A stretch of 64,000 bases of DNA from an uncultured Trueperaceae bacterium (lineage in GTDB: Bacteria > Deinococcota > Deinococci > Deinococcales > Trueperaceae): assembly GCA_963799485.1 (NCBI GenBank), contig CAWCXJ010000007.1, forward strand, positions 256,001-320,000, in the 5' to 3' direction. Under the pieces are notes generated by a model. It had not been told where the DNA came from and ran no database searches. It saw nothing but the letters and a program-made list of their open reading frames with translations. Positions within the stretch are counted from its first letter, which is position 1, and every line of letters begins with the position of its first letter. The position numbers were made by a program, and so were the translations under genes. This document shows, one piece after another, positions 28,873 through 39,298 of the stretch.

Positions 28873-31596
28873 ATGACCCAGACGAAAATCATCAACCCGA
28901 CCTGCGAATACCGCACCAATCCTTTAGGCATCGATGTAACGGTTCCGCGCCTGAGCTGGCAGTTGGGGACCTCCCGGCAGGGCGCGCGGCAGACGGCTTA
29001 CCGGATTTTGGCCGCGAGCAGCCCTGAGCTGACCGAAGAAAGCGCCGATTGGGACAGCGGCAAAGTCGAATCCGATGCGTCAGTTCACGTACTTTACGGC
29101 GGCGACGCGCTCCGGTCGCGTCAGCGGGTGTACTGGCGCGTGACGGTCTGGGACGAGACCGGCGCGGCGTCAGAAAGCGACGTGGCTTGGTTTGAAATGG
29201 GTTTGCTTTCACGTGACGACTGGCAAGCAGGGTGGATCGGTGCGGCGCTTACAGGCGGCGCACGCTCGTCGGTTCCGGTGCCTTTTTTACGCAAGGCTTT
29301 CAAGCTACCTGCCGAAGTCGTGTCCGCCCGGCTTTACGTTACGGCGCTCGGAGTGTACGAATGCTGGCTGAACGGCGCGCGTGTCGGTGAGGACATTCTT
29401 GCGCCGGGTTGGACGGACTATCAAAAACGCGTGCGCTACGGGACTTACGACGTAACCGAATTGCTTCAAGGGGGCGAAAACGCGTTCGGCGCTATTCTGG
29501 GTGACGGTTGGGCGGTCGGCTTCGTCGGTCTGGGTCAGCGCCAGCGCTACTATGACCAGCCCCGACTGCTGGCGCAGCTCGAGCTGACCCTCCCGGACGG
29601 GACAAGGGAAGTCATCGTCAGCGACGAGAGCTGGGCGCATCAGTTCGGCCCTTTAATTGAAAGCGACATGTTTATGGGCGAAGCTTACGACGCGCGGCTC
29701 GAGCTGCCCGGTTGGGACAGACCCGACTACAACGCGCAGAGCTGGCTACCCGTTCAGGTTTACGGCGACCCCGAGATAGAACTCGAGGCGACCAACGGCC
29801 CAACTATCAGGAAGATTGAAGAACTCAAACCCGTCGGCGAACCAACTGATGTGAGCGACATGATCCGGCGGCGGTTCATTTTCGATTTGGGTCAAAACAT
29901 GGTCGGCTGGGTGCGCTTTCAGGGCAGCGCTCCGGCGGGTACGACCGTCGTCCTCCGCTTCGGCGAAGTCTTGAATCCCGACGGCAGCCTCTACACCACC
30001 AACTTGCGCGACGCGCGTGCGACCGACGTGTACACCTTTAAGGGCCACGGGCTCGAGGTCTGGGAGCCGCGCTTTACCTTTCACGGATTTCGCTACGCCG
30101 AGCTGACGGGTTATCCCGGCGACGTAACGACTGAAACTATCACAGGCGTCGTCCTCCACTCCGAGATGGCGCAGACCGGGAGTTTTGAATGCTCGAGCAG
30201 CGTCATCAATCAGCTCCAGCACAACATCCTCTGGGGTCAAAAAGGAAACTTTCTCGATGTGCCGACCGACTGCCCGCAACGCGATGAGCGCCTCGGCTGG
30301 ACAGGCGACATTCAGGTCTTCGCGCGGACAGCAGCCTTTAACATGAACGTCGCCGGATTTATGACCAAATGGCTCCACGACGTGGCCGACGCGCAGAGTG
30401 ACGCCGGAGCCGTCCCGCCGGTCGTCCCGTCGGTCATGACAGGCTTCGACGACGGCGGCCCGGCCTGGGCCGACGCCGCGGTTATCTGCCCGTGGACAGT
30501 CTATCTCTGTTACGGCGACGCGCGCGTTCTGGAAGAAAACTACGCGGTCATGACCCGCTTTATGGACTTCTTGCACGAAACCAGTCCCGGTCTGGTGCGC
30601 TGCGCCCCCGACTATGAGGGCTGGCAGGGGTTCGGCGACTGGTTGTCCATCAACGCCGACACCCCCCGCGACCTTATCGGCACGGCGTTTTACGCTTACG
30701 ACGCGTGGCTTATGGGCGATATTGCCGAGGTGCTCGGGCATACCGACGACGCCCAAAAGTACCGCGACCTCTTTGATGAGATAAAAGGCGTGTTTCAGAA
30801 GCGCTTCCTCAAAGGGAGGCGAACTGAAGCTGGTGCGGCAAAAGCCGCGAGAGTTGACCTCAGCCAGGCCGACGCCGTTTCACGCGGGAACCTCGAGGTC
30901 AAAGATTACGGCCCGGTCACGTCAGACGTTTACGACACCGGGCTCTTTACCCCAACGCAGACCGCCTATGTGCTGGCGCTGCATTTCGGCCTCCTGCCGG
31001 ACGCCCTGCAACCCGTAGCCGCCGACGAACTCGTCGCCGACATCGAACGCCGCGACCTGCACCTCTCGACCGGCTTTGTCGGCGCGCCGTACTTGCCGCA
31101 CGTGCTGAGCGCACACGGTAAAACGGAAACGGCCTTCAAGCTGTTAGCGCAGACGACTTGGCCCTCGTGGCTCTACTCCGTCACTCAGGGTGCGACGACC
31201 ATCTGGGAGCGCTGGGACGGCTGGACGGAGGAGCGCGGGTTTCAGGACGCGGGCATGAACTCGTTTAACCACTACGCTTACGGCTCTATCGGGGCGTGGC
31301 TTTATCAAAATGTGGCGGGTTTAGAGCCCGGTTTACCCGGCTACAAGCACATCGTGATCAAGCCGCAGCCGGGAGGCAGCCTGACTTGGGCCCATGCCTC
31401 GCTCGCTTCCCCTTACGGGCAGATTGCGGTGTCGTGGCGTTTGGAGGGTGAGGCGCTAAAGCTCGAGGTGACAGTTCCACCGAACACCACGGCGACGCTC
31501 ACACTACCTGAGGGTTACAGGCTTGACGAGAGTGAGGCGGAACTAGGGGCCGGAACTTATACCAAGACCCTCGCGAGAACCGACGTGGCTACCTGA
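28873..31596 (+). CDS. alpha-L-rhamnosidase (GH78)
   Basis: CEY..NPLGID, DLGQNMVG, FTFHGFRY, PTDCPQRDERLGWTGD, GATTIWERWD, MNSFNHYAYG. Confidence 0.95.
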   Translation: MTQTKIINPTCEYRTNPLGIDVTVPRLSWQLGTSRQGARQTAYRILAASSPELTEESADWDSGKVESDASVHVLYGGDALRSRQRVYWRVTVWDETGAASESDVAWFEMGLLSRDDWQAGWIGAALTGGARSSVPVPFLRKAFKLPAEVVSARLYVTALGVYECWLNGARVGEDILAPGWTDYQKRVRYGTYDVTELLQGGENAFGAILGDGWAVGFVGLGQRQRYYDQPRLLAQLELTLPDGTREVIVSDESWAHQFGPLIESDMFMGEAYDARLELPGWDRPDYNAQSWLPVQVYGDPEIELEATNGPTIRKIEELKPVGEPTDVSDMIRRRFIFDLGQNMVGWVRFQGSAPAGTTVVLRFGEVLNPDGSLYTTNLRDARATDVYTFKGHGLEVWEPRFTFHGFRYAELTGYPGDVTTETITGVVLHSEMAQTGSFECSSSVINQLQHNILWGQKGNFLDVPTDCPQRDERLGWTGDIQVFARTAAFNMNVAGFMTKWLHDVADAQSDAGAVPPVVPSVMTGFDDGGPAWADAAVICPWTVYLCYGDARVLEENYAVMTRFMDFLHETSPGLVRCAPDYEGWQGFGDWLSINADTPRDLIGTAFYAYDAWLMGDIAEVLGHTDDAQKYRDLFDEIKGVFQKRFLKGRRTEAGAAKAARVDLSQADAVSRGNLEVKDYGPVTSDVYDTGLFTPTQTAYVLALHFGLLPDALQPVAADELVADIERRDLHLSTGFVGAPYLPHVLSAHGKTETAFKLLAQTTWPSWLYSVTQGATTIWERWDGWTEERGFQDAGMNSFNHYAYGSIGAWLYQNVAGLEPGLPGYKHIVIKPQPGGSLTWAHASLASPYGQIAVSWRLEGEALKLEVTVPPNTTATLTLPEGYRLDESEAELGAGTYTKTLARTDVAT

Positions 31597-31713
31597 GCTC
31601 AGCTCGGGATTTCGCGCAACCTTTTGCGTTTACGGTTCGGTTCGACGTTTACGTCAACGCTCACGCCGCACACGAGAAGGTGGTACCCGAAAGCCTGCTC
31701 GCGGGTTTGCCGC

Positions 31714-32772
31714 CTATCCCGGCTCGAGCTGGGCAAAGACCATCCGCCCGACCTGCGTTTGCAGGTGACTGGTGACGGCGGCGCTGACTCGTTGCCCGAC
31801 CAATTCGCTCGCGCCCTCGACGACGACCATCGTCCCGTCGTCGAGATATGCCAAACCCTGCCCCGGTTCACGGCCGGGTTTGGTGATCTGCACGCGCAGC
31901 GTCTCGCCGGTGGCAAACTCGGGTCTCAAGGCGTTGGCGAGGGCGTTGGGGTTTAAGACCTCAACGCCGCCGACCGCCGCGACCCGCGCCAGGTTGTAGT
32001 CGGTCGTAAAGAGCCGCGCGCCCCGCTGGAGGCAGAGCTTGACGAGTCTGGTATCGACCGCTTCGTCGGTGCCGGAAGTGTCGTGGACGAGCTCGAGGTT
32101 GCCGCCCAAAACCGCCTCGAGCTGCGCCAAAACCTCGAGCCCCCGCCGACCCCGGCGGCGTCTGGCAGGGTCGCCCGAATCGGCGATACGCTGCAGCTCG
32201 AGCAGCACCATCTGCGGCAAGAGCACCGGGCCGCCTAAAAACCGGGTTTCGACGACGGCAACTACCCGTCCGTCGATAAGCGCGGAGGTGTCGAGTACCG
32301 TAGGTTTTAGGGCCTCTTGCCGGGGCGCACGTTCAGGTCGTTCGGATTGCCTGAGGCGCAACAAGATTCCCCGGTTACGCACAAAAAACCACGACGACGC
32401 GGCTACGAGGAGTGCGGTCATCAGTACCGATACCTGCCACGAAAACCCCGGTACCTGTTCCAGCACACTGTTTAAGAGCACCGTTACGACGAGCGCAGCA
32501 GTCGCTCCCACCCCGGCAGCTAAAACTGCGTCCGGTGACAAACTCTGAACCCGGCGCACCGTGCGCTCGGCGGGCCCGACGAGCGGCGCACTTAGAAGGT
32601 AGCCGAGCAGCAGCCCGAGGAGTGTCAGGTAGACGAGGTTGACGCTCTCACTAAGGACGTGTTGCGCGAGCAGCCAGCGCCCGACGAGAAGACCTGCAAG
32701 CCCGCCCACGACGCACGCCGCACCCCGGACGAGCAGCTCGAGCGTCCCCGCCTTTGCACTCGATACTTTCAC
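31714..32772 (-). CDS. PIN/TRAM domain membrane protein (YacL-like)
   Basis: LDTSALIDGR, ELQ.IADS.D..RR.RGRRGL, TTDYNL, G.E.GQG..YLDDGTMVVVE; follows radA. Confidence 0.9.
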   Translation of the reverse strand: MKVSSAKAGTLELLVRGAACVVGGLAGLLVGRWLLAQHVLSESVNLVYLTLLGLLLGYLLSAPLVGPAERTVRRVQSLSPDAVLAAGVGATAALVVTVLLNSVLEQVPGFSWQVSVLMTALLVAASSWFFVRNRGILLRLRQSERPERAPRQEALKPTVLDTSALIDGRVVAVVETRFLGGPVLLPQMVLLELQRIADSGDPARRRRGRRGLEVLAQLEAVLGGNLELVHDTSGTDEAVDTRLVKLCLQRGARLFTTDYNLARVAAVGGVEVLNPNALANALRPEFATGETLRVQITKPGREPGQGLAYLDDGTMVVVEGASELVGQRVSAAVTSHLQTQVGRMVFAQLEPG

Positions 32773-32782
32773 CGTACCAACC

Positions 32783-34114
32783 TCATCCCCACACCGCGCC
32801 AATCGCCTCGGCAAGCGTGCGTACCGCGACGTGCTTGCTCCCCGCCAGGGGTGGTCCGATGAGGCGCGGAAACTCGGTGCGGCCCGCCTCCTGAAGCCGG
32901 CGCTCGAGCTGCGCGACGCTCCTAAGCTCCCCGGCTAAACCGACCTCACCGACGACCGCCGTCCCTTCCGGGAGGGGCCGGTTCGTCACCGCCGAATAAA
33001 CAGCCAGCGCGACCGCCAGGTCGGTACCGGGGTCGGTCAAGCGGAGGCCGCCCGCGACGTTCACGTAAACGTCCAGCCCGGCGAGGGGCAGCTCGAGCCG
33101 CCGCTCTAACACCGCTAACACCACATCGACGCGGCGCGGGTCGAGCCCCTGCACGGTGCGGCGGGGTGAGGCGTAGGGCGATTTGGCGGCGAGCGCCTGC
33201 ACCTCCAAAAGTAGCGGACGTTGCCCCTCCAGTGCCGCGACAATCGCCGAACCCGCCACCCCACGGGGCCGCTCCGCCAAAAACGCCTCGGAGGGGTTAG
33301 CGACCGGGCGCATCCCGAGGGTGGTCATCTCGAAGACGCCCATCTCTCCGGCGGGGCCGAAACGGTTTTTCATCGTCCTTAAGACCCGAAAGCCTGAAGC
33401 GCTTTCTAACGCCAGGGTCGCGTCCACCATATGCTCGACCACTTTCGGCCCGGCAACTTGCCCTTGCTTGGTAACGTGTCCGATCAAAACGAGGGCGCTC
33501 CCCGCCTCTTTCGCGGCTTGCGTCAGGAGCGCGGTACCGTCGCGTACCTGCGTGACGGTACCGGGCGTGGCGCCGTCTTCGGCAAGAAGCGTCTGCACCG
33601 AATCGACGATGACAAAGGGGGGCCGGAAGGTGCGGAAATGCTCTGCCAAGGTGCGGGCGTCGGTCTCGCGGGTGAGTTCGAGTTTGGACGCGACGCCGAG
33701 CCGCTCGGCGCGCATCTTGACCTGCGATAACGACTCTTCGCCCGCGACGTAGAGTGTGGTGTGTCCTTGCAGGAGCATTTCATGGGCGAGTTGCAGTAAA
33801 AGCGTCGATTTGCCGATACCGGGTTCGCCGGCGAGCAGCGTTACGGCCCCGGCAACCCAGCCGCCGCCCAAAACCCTATCGACTTCACCGATGCCTGAAG
33901 GAACGCGCTGCGATTCGGTGAGTTCAAGGCTCGAGAGCTTTTCCACCAGGGCCGGCGGCGTCAGGCTCCGCGCCGCCCCCCGCCACTGGCCCGGCGGCGC
34001 GGTAAGCTGCGCCTCCATACTGCCCCACGCCCCGCAGCGCGGACACTTGCCCATCTTGACGGGCGACTGTGTGCCGCATTCGTTACAAACATAAGTAGTC
34101 CCGACCTTAGCCAC
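32783..34114 (-). CDS. radA: DNA repair protein RadA/Sms
   Basis: C4 zinc finger, [15 protein letters not shown], Lon-like C-terminus. Confidence 0.97.
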   Translation of the reverse strand: MAKVGTTYVCNECGTQSPVKMGKCPRCGAWGSMEAQLTAPPGQWRGAARSLTPPALVEKLSSLELTESQRVPSGIGEVDRVLGGGWVAGAVTLLAGEPGIGKSTLLLQLAHEMLLQGHTTLYVAGEESLSQVKMRAERLGVASKLELTRETDARTLAEHFRTFRPPFVIVDSVQTLLAEDGATPGTVTQVRDGTALLTQAAKEAGSALVLIGHVTKQGQVAGPKVVEHMVDATLALESASGFRVLRTMKNRFGPAGEMGVFEMTTLGMRPVANPSEAFLAERPRGVAGSAIVAALEGQRPLLLEVQALAAKSPYASPRRTVQGLDPRRVDVVLAVLERRLELPLAGLDVYVNVAGGLRLTDPGTDLAVALAVYSAVTNRPLPEGTAVVGEVGLAGELRSVAQLERRLQEAGRTEFPRLIGPPLAGSKHVAVRTLAEAIGAVWG

Positions 34115-34194
34115 CGGACTATCATAAGGCGCAAACTCTTACAAAAAAGTTGCGGCGCACCGCCGCGCTAGTCTGCCTCCCTTATACTGAGCCC

Positions 34195-35031
34195 ATGACC
34201 CACTTTTCTTCACTGCTGCTGGCAGTAGACGCTTCTCCTTACGCCGAGGTCGCGGTGCGCTACGCGGCGCTGCTGAGCGGGCGTTTGGGTGTGCCGCTCC
34301 GCGCCGTTCACGTGATCGACCTCCGCGTCGCTACGACGCCGAGTACGTTGGAAGCCGGTATGGGCGACCCGGCTTTGGTGACCCCTTACTTCGATACGGA
34401 GCTTCAGGGCATTCTGGAGGAGCGCGCCCAAAAAGTGCAGGCGGACGTGCAGGCCATGTTGAAACGTCTAGGCGTTGAGGCCGACCTCGAGCTGCCGACC
34501 GGGCCTGTCGAAGACGAAATCCTGGGCCGCGCCGACGCCCAGACGCTCATCGTGATGGGTAAAGAAGGCGACAGCGCTCAACCAAACGGTGCGCGTCTCG
34601 GGGGCGTCGCCGAACACATCGCGCGCCGCGCTGACGGGGCTGTGCTGCTCGTCCCGCGGCAGTTTACCGAACCCCGGCGGCTGCTCCTCGGTTACGACGG
34701 CTCGGATGGGGCCGAAGGCGCGCTCAGCTACACGCTGGCGCTTGCCAAACCTCTGGGGCTCCCCATTTTAGCGCTCAACGTCCAAGACGACGAGGAGACC
34801 GCGAGGGCCCCTCTCGCGCGGGCGCGCCACCACGCGGAGCGGGCAGGGCTCGAGCTGACCGCTGAGTTTCGTTCCGGCAATCCCGCCGAGGCTATCGTAG
34901 AGGTCGCGCAAGCAGGCGACGTTATCGCTATCGGCGCATTTGAAACAGGCCGCCTGGCTGAATTTTTTCGGGGTTCGACGACCCGCGACGTGGTATTTGG
35001 GGCCGCCGTACCGGTACTTTTGCATCACTGA
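34195..35031 (+). CDS. universal stress protein (tandem USP domains)
   Basis: LLAVDAS, IVMG..G, LG.VAE, LLGYDGS, GSTT..V....VPVL. Confidence 0.9.
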   Translation: MTHFSSLLLAVDASPYAEVAVRYAALLSGRLGVPLRAVHVIDLRVATTPSTLEAGMGDPALVTPYFDTELQGILEERAQKVQADVQAMLKRLGVEADLELPTGPVEDEILGRADAQTLIVMGKEGDSAQPNGARLGGVAEHIARRADGAVLLVPRQFTEPRRLLLGYDGSDGAEGALSYTLALAKPLGLPILALNVQDDEETARAPLARARHHAERAGLELTAEFRSGNPAEAIVEVAQAGDVIAIGAFETGRLAEFFRGSTTRDVVFGAAVPVLLHH

Positions 35032-35437
35032 TGTGTCTAAGGTGAGCCGGTCTACGCGCCCCGTTTCGCTTCCCGGCGGCACCGCTGCGAACAGTGACGC
35101 ACATTCTCCCAGTCGCGTTCCCAGCGCTTACGCCAGCTAAACGGCAGGCCGCAGTGGGCGCAGGTTTTGCTCGGCAGGTCGGCTTTTTTACGCGCTTTAG
35201 CCATAGGCTTTGGGCTCGGTCACTTTGGTCTTTACGATAACCGCTACCAAGCCGCTATCCCGGCAGCCGTGCTACAGTAGACGCCTAGAGCCACAGTGGT
35301 CTACGCCGCAACCGCAAAGGGCGTCTCAGGTGTTGTCCCACACCTGAAACGGTAGCTGGAAAGGGTACTTTCAGACCGAATCTGCAAAAAACGGCGTGCT
35401 GACCGGCTACACGGTTTTCTAGGGTAAAGGAGCCGTA

Positions 35438-35656
35438 ATGGATAAAGAAGCGCAAGTGCTGAGTCGGAGCGTAGCGGCTCAAGTCCGCCCGCAGTACCAG
35501 GGTTGGCTTAAAAAAGTCGGGGCGGCGCAGGCCGACGCACGCGCCTACGACAAGGTAGTCGAACTTGTGGCTCGCAAACAAAAGCTCAGCGCCGACAAGG
35601 TAAGGTTCGCCTCGCGAGAGGTTTTGCAAGAAGCGATGGCTCTAATTACCCGGTAA
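35438..35656 (+). CDS. small basic hypothetical protein
   Basis: AAAGGAG RBS before ATG; 72-aa helical ORF. Confidence 0.6.
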   Translation: MDKEAQVLSRSVAAQVRPQYQGWLKKVGAAQADARAYDKVVELVARKQKLSADKVRFASREVLQEAMALITR

Positions 35657-35764
35657 CCTCTAAAAACCTGTAGTGGGTGCGGTACGAAAAACCATCATGC
35701 TGCCCGCTCGGTGAGTATGACACCCCCCACTGTTAGCGGCGTAGCACGAACGTTAAGGTAGAGC

Positions 35765-37309
35765 GTGTACTACTCATTACTTACGCTTCGGCTTAACACA
35801 CTGTTTCAACGAGCGTGGTGGTTTCCGGTCGGGTCGGGCCCTCGGCCCGACCCGCCCTTCGGTTTACGGTTTTTCAAAATACTCACCGGCGTGCTGGTGC
35901 TTGCTGCGCTGGGGATTGCCCCACTCGGTTACGCGCAGCAGCGCCAAACTCCCGCTCAGCCAACTACCCGAACGTCTCGCGTGCAAACGCCGCAAGTGCA
36001 AACGCCGCAAGTGCAAATGCCGCAAGTGCAAATGCCTTTACAAACGCCTTCAGTGCAGACCCGGGTCTGCGCCGCTTCCGAAGCGGCCCCGGTGCGCCCT
36101 ATCTGGCAAGGTGAGCGCGGCTGGCTCTTCGGCCGGCCCGACCTGATCACCGCGTTGGAGCTACCTGAAACGGCGCTGCCTTATCTGCGGCGGCTCGCGG
36201 CGGCCCTCAGGTCCGAGGGCATTACGCCGGTCGCTTTGGTCGTCCCGACACGCGGCTCGGTGGCCCACAATCGTATGGGCACGAACCCGGCCCCGGCCTT
36301 GGCGAACTACGACCCCGAGGCGGCGGCGCGCGGTTACCGCAGCTTTCTAGCCCGGTTGAGGACGGCAGGGTTTATCGCGCCCGACCTGCTGGCAGTCGCG
36401 CGCACCGAGGGCGACACCTTCTTTTTCAAACGCGACCATCACTGGACGCCCGAGGCGGCGCGGGCCGTGGCGCAGGCGGTCGCGGCAAGGCTCGAGGCTC
36501 AGCTTGCCTCATTCCCCAAAACACCCTCCGTGTCTCTGCGAGTCCCCTCCAAAAAACAGCTGGGGACGCTCCAGCGACGGGCCGAGGCACTTTGTCCGGG
36601 GCTCAGCCTGGGGCTCGAGTCCGTCTCTCAGTTTGAAACGAGCCTGAGGCGTCCCGAAGCCAGCAGCACAGCCCTCTTCGCCGCCGTAAATCCTGAAATC
36701 GTTCTGGTCGGTACCAGCAACAGCTACCGCGGAGAAGACAAACCGGAACTCAACTTCGACGGGTTTTTACGGCAGGCAACGTCGCTCGAGGTACTCAACG
36801 TCGCTTTTCCCGGTGCCGGGGTTTACGGTTCTCTGGCAGCGTACCTGCTCTCTGCGGAATACCAAACAGCGCCGCCGCAGGTGCTTTTGTGGGAAACGAC
36901 CTATATGAGCTGGCACCGCCGGAAAAGCCTCGAGACCGAACAGCGCCAGGTCTTGCCGAGCGTTTACGGCGGGTGTTCGCGCACGCTGGCAAGGCGCACC
37001 GTAAAAACACTGCGTAAGGGCGAAACCACACTTCTCGCGGGATTAAACGTGCCCGGTACAAAAAGTGCCTATTTGCAACTCACCGTAGACGACCCTACGC
37101 TGGTCAGGTTCGGTCTCGAGCTGCGCTATCAAAACGTTACCGAGCGCGTTCAAATCGCCCGCACGACCCGCGTGCCCAACTCCGGCGAGTTCTTCCTCGA
37201 CGTTTTGGACAAGCCGCTTAGAGCAGTGGTTTTGGACAGTCCAAAAGCAGTTGCGGGCGGGGCGGAGGTTACGCTCTGCCCTGCACCTGAAGGCGCGTCA
37301 GCACACTAA
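35765..37309 (+). CDS. AlgX/AlgJ-like SGNH O-acetyltransferase with C-terminal domain
   Basis: G..GWLF, FFKRDHHWTP (DxH), LVGTSNS, P.VLLWE; start uncertain. Confidence 0.8.
   Translation: MYYSLLTLRLNTLFQRAWWFPVGSGPRPDPPFGLRFFKILTGVLVLAALGIAPLGYAQQRQTPAQPTTRTSRVQTPQVQTPQVQMPQVQMPLQTPSVQTRVCAASEAAPVRPIWQGERGWLFGRPDLITALELPETALPYLRRLAAALRSEGITPVALVVPTRGSVAHNRMGTNPAPALANYDPEAAARGYRSFLARLRTAGFIAPDLLAVARTEGDTFFFKRDHHWTPEAARAVAQAVAARLEAQLASFPKTPSVSLRVPSKKQLGTLQRRAEALCPGLSLGLESVSQFETSLRRPEASSTALFAAVNPEIVLVGTSNSYRGEDKPELNFDGFLRQATSLEVLNVAFPGAGVYGSLAAYLLSAEYQTAPPQVLLWETTYMSWHRRKSLETEQRQVLPSVYGGCSRTLARRTVKTLRKGETTLLAGLNVPGTKSAYLQLTVDDPTLVRFGLELRYQNVTERVQIARTTRVPNSGEFFLDVLDKPLRAVVLDSPKAVAGGAEVTLCPAPEGASAH
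35981..36058 (+). repeat. 15-bp coding tandem repeat (VQTPQ/VQMPQ)
   Basis: GTGCAAA(C/T)GCCGCAA x3 plus degenerate copies. Confidence 0.85.
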
Positions 37310-37866
37310 CGATAAAACCCCAGCAAGTACGCCGTCACCCCGGCAGCCTCGCGCAGCAGGTAGGGGAGACGTGGGCCGTACGTCGTGACGGGCGCGACCT
37401 CGGCGTCGAGACCGAGGTGCCTTGCTAGAAGTTTTGTGCGGTAAGCGTGCAGGTCGTCGGTAACGATAATGATGCGTTGACCCCGGAGGAGCGGTTCGCT
37501 GTAACGCAGGTTCTGGTAGCTCGAGCGGCTCTTTCTTTCACTTGCAAGGGCCGCTTCGGGTACACCTTGCTCGGCGAGGTAGCGCACGCCGGTCTCTCCT
37601 TCGGTAAACCTGTCGCCCTCTTGCTTGCCGCCGGTAACGACGATACGCGGCGCACATCCGGCCCGGTAGAGTTCCAATGCCCGGTCGAGCCGCCGCGCAA
37701 ACACCGGCGACGGCACGCCGTCGTACTGCGCCGCGCCCATCACCACGAGGCTGTCGGCAGGGCACTGCGGAGTCTGTGCGTGCGTGACCCAGCCTGCACC
37801 CAAAAAAACCATCAGCGTAAACCCGACGCCAAACCCGACCAAGCTGCGTAGACCTGAGCGCAACAT
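37306..37866 (-). CDS. YdcF/DUF218 family protein
   Basis: VVMGAA..G.PS....RLD.A..LY, VTGG, E..S.S.Y.NL, VTD..H..R, RE. Confidence 0.88.
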   Translation of the reverse strand: MLRSGLRSLVGFGVGFTLMVFLGAGWVTHAQTPQCPADSLVVMGAAQYDGVPSPVFARRLDRALELYRAGCAPRIVVTGGKQEGDRFTEGETGVRYLAEQGVPEAALASERKSRSSYQNLRYSEPLLRGQRIIIVTDDLHAYRTKLLARHLGLDAEVAPVTTYGPRLPYLLREAAGVTAYLLGFYR

Positions 37867-39146
37867 CAGGATGTGGGTTCAGGCTCGAGCCGCGCCTCAA
37901 TCGCGCGGGCGTGTGCGGGGAGCCCTTCGGCTCGCGCCAGCCGCGCCGCCGCCGGGCCGATTTTTTGAAGCGTTTCTGCGCCGATACCCACGACCGGAAT
38001 CACCTTTTGAAAATCGCGCACGTTGAGCGCCGAGGCAAAGCGCGCCGTGCCGCCCGTCGGCATCACGTGGCTCGGCCCCGCCGCGTAGTCGCCCAGGGCT
38101 TCCATACTCGCGGCTCCCAGAAAAATCCCGCCTGCGTTTTTAACCTCCGGCAGCGCCGCCCACGGGTCTTGAACGAGCAGACAGAGGTGTTCGGGTGCGT
38201 AGAGGTTGGCGACCTTTAAGCCTTCGGCAAGTGAATCCACGACAACGGCGTAAGCGCGGGTCGTAAGCGAGTCTTTCGCAGCGTCTCGGGTGGCGAGGGT
38301 GAGAAGTTGCTGCTCGAGTTCTCCCTGCACCCGCGTCAGCAACGTTTCGTCGGTCGTCACCAGAACAGGCTGCGCGAAAACGTGTTCAGCCTGCGCCAAA
38401 AGGTCGGCGGCGACGTGTTCGGGGTCGGCGGTGTGGTCGGCCAACACGAGCGTTTCAGTCGGGCCGGGCAGCGCTTCGATCCCGACTGTGCCGAAAACGA
38501 GCTGTTTGGCGAGTACCACGTAAGCGTTACCGGGACCGACGATTTTGTCAACGCGGGGGATGCTCGCGGTACCGTAAGCGAGGGCCGCGACAGCCTGCGC
38601 GCCGCCGACGCGGTAAACCTCGGAGATGCCGAGAAGCCGCGCTGCTACCAATATTTCCGGGGCGACGCTCCCGTCTTCTCGCGGGGGCGTCGCTACGGCA
38701 ATGTCCGGGACGCCCGCAACTTGTGCGGGTACGGCGCACATCAGCAGCGTGCTAAAAAGCGGCGCACTCCCGCCCGGAACGTACACGCCGATACGCCCTA
38801 AGGGCCTTACCAGCTGCCCCAGCAGCCCACCGTCCGTCTGGTGCAAGAAGCCCTCTTGCGGTTGACGAACATAAAACGCCCGGATACGCGCCGCTGAGAG
38901 CGCCATCGCAGCTTTTACGTCTTTGGAAACGGCACGTTCGGCAGCGCCAAAAGCCGCTTCGGGTACCCGTAAGGTATCCAGCTTGACCTTATCGAAACGC
39001 TCTGTATAGTCCCGCACCGCCGCGTCACCCGATATTTTGACCCCTGCCAAGATTTCCGCTACCGCGCCCTGTTGGCTTGCGTCCGGCTCGCTCCCACGTT
39101 TTGAGAAGACCCTTTCGGCTTCTTTGTATCCCCGTAATACCTGCAT
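37866..39146 (-). CDS. hisD: histidinol dehydrogenase
   Basis: GVYVPGG, GGAQAVAALAYGT, KIVGPGN, DLLAQAEH, APEHL, GDY.AGPSHV.PT; start placed at MQVLRG. Confidence 0.96.
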   Translation of the reverse strand: MQVLRGYKEAERVFSKRGSEPDASQQGAVAEILAGVKISGDAAVRDYTERFDKVKLDTLRVPEAAFGAAERAVSKDVKAAMALSAARIRAFYVRQPQEGFLHQTDGGLLGQLVRPLGRIGVYVPGGSAPLFSTLLMCAVPAQVAGVPDIAVATPPREDGSVAPEILVAARLLGISEVYRVGGAQAVAALAYGTASIPRVDKIVGPGNAYVVLAKQLVFGTVGIEALPGPTETLVLADHTADPEHVAADLLAQAEHVFAQPVLVTTDETLLTRVQGELEQQLLTLATRDAAKDSLTTRAYAVVVDSLAEGLKVANLYAPEHLCLLVQDPWAALPEVKNAGGIFLGAASMEALGDYAAGPSHVMPTGGTARFASALNVRDFQKVIPVVGIGAETLQKIGPAAARLARAEGLPAHARAIEARLEPEPTS

Positions 39147-39298
39147 AGAGGGCATCATATCGTCAATTGCCGGGCGCGTAAGCTCGAGCCGCGTCATTAA
39201 CAGCGCATTCTCAGCAAGAGGTTGCAACCCCTTGTTTGCCGGGGCCGAAACGGAAGCTTTTCGCACCGCGAGCTGTCGGCGGTGCTTAAACTAAACGT

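Noticed and set aside
35981..36058. Tandem repeats as a possible CRISPR array
   Set aside because: 15-bp units with no spacers, in frame within a CDS; no cas genes in the window.
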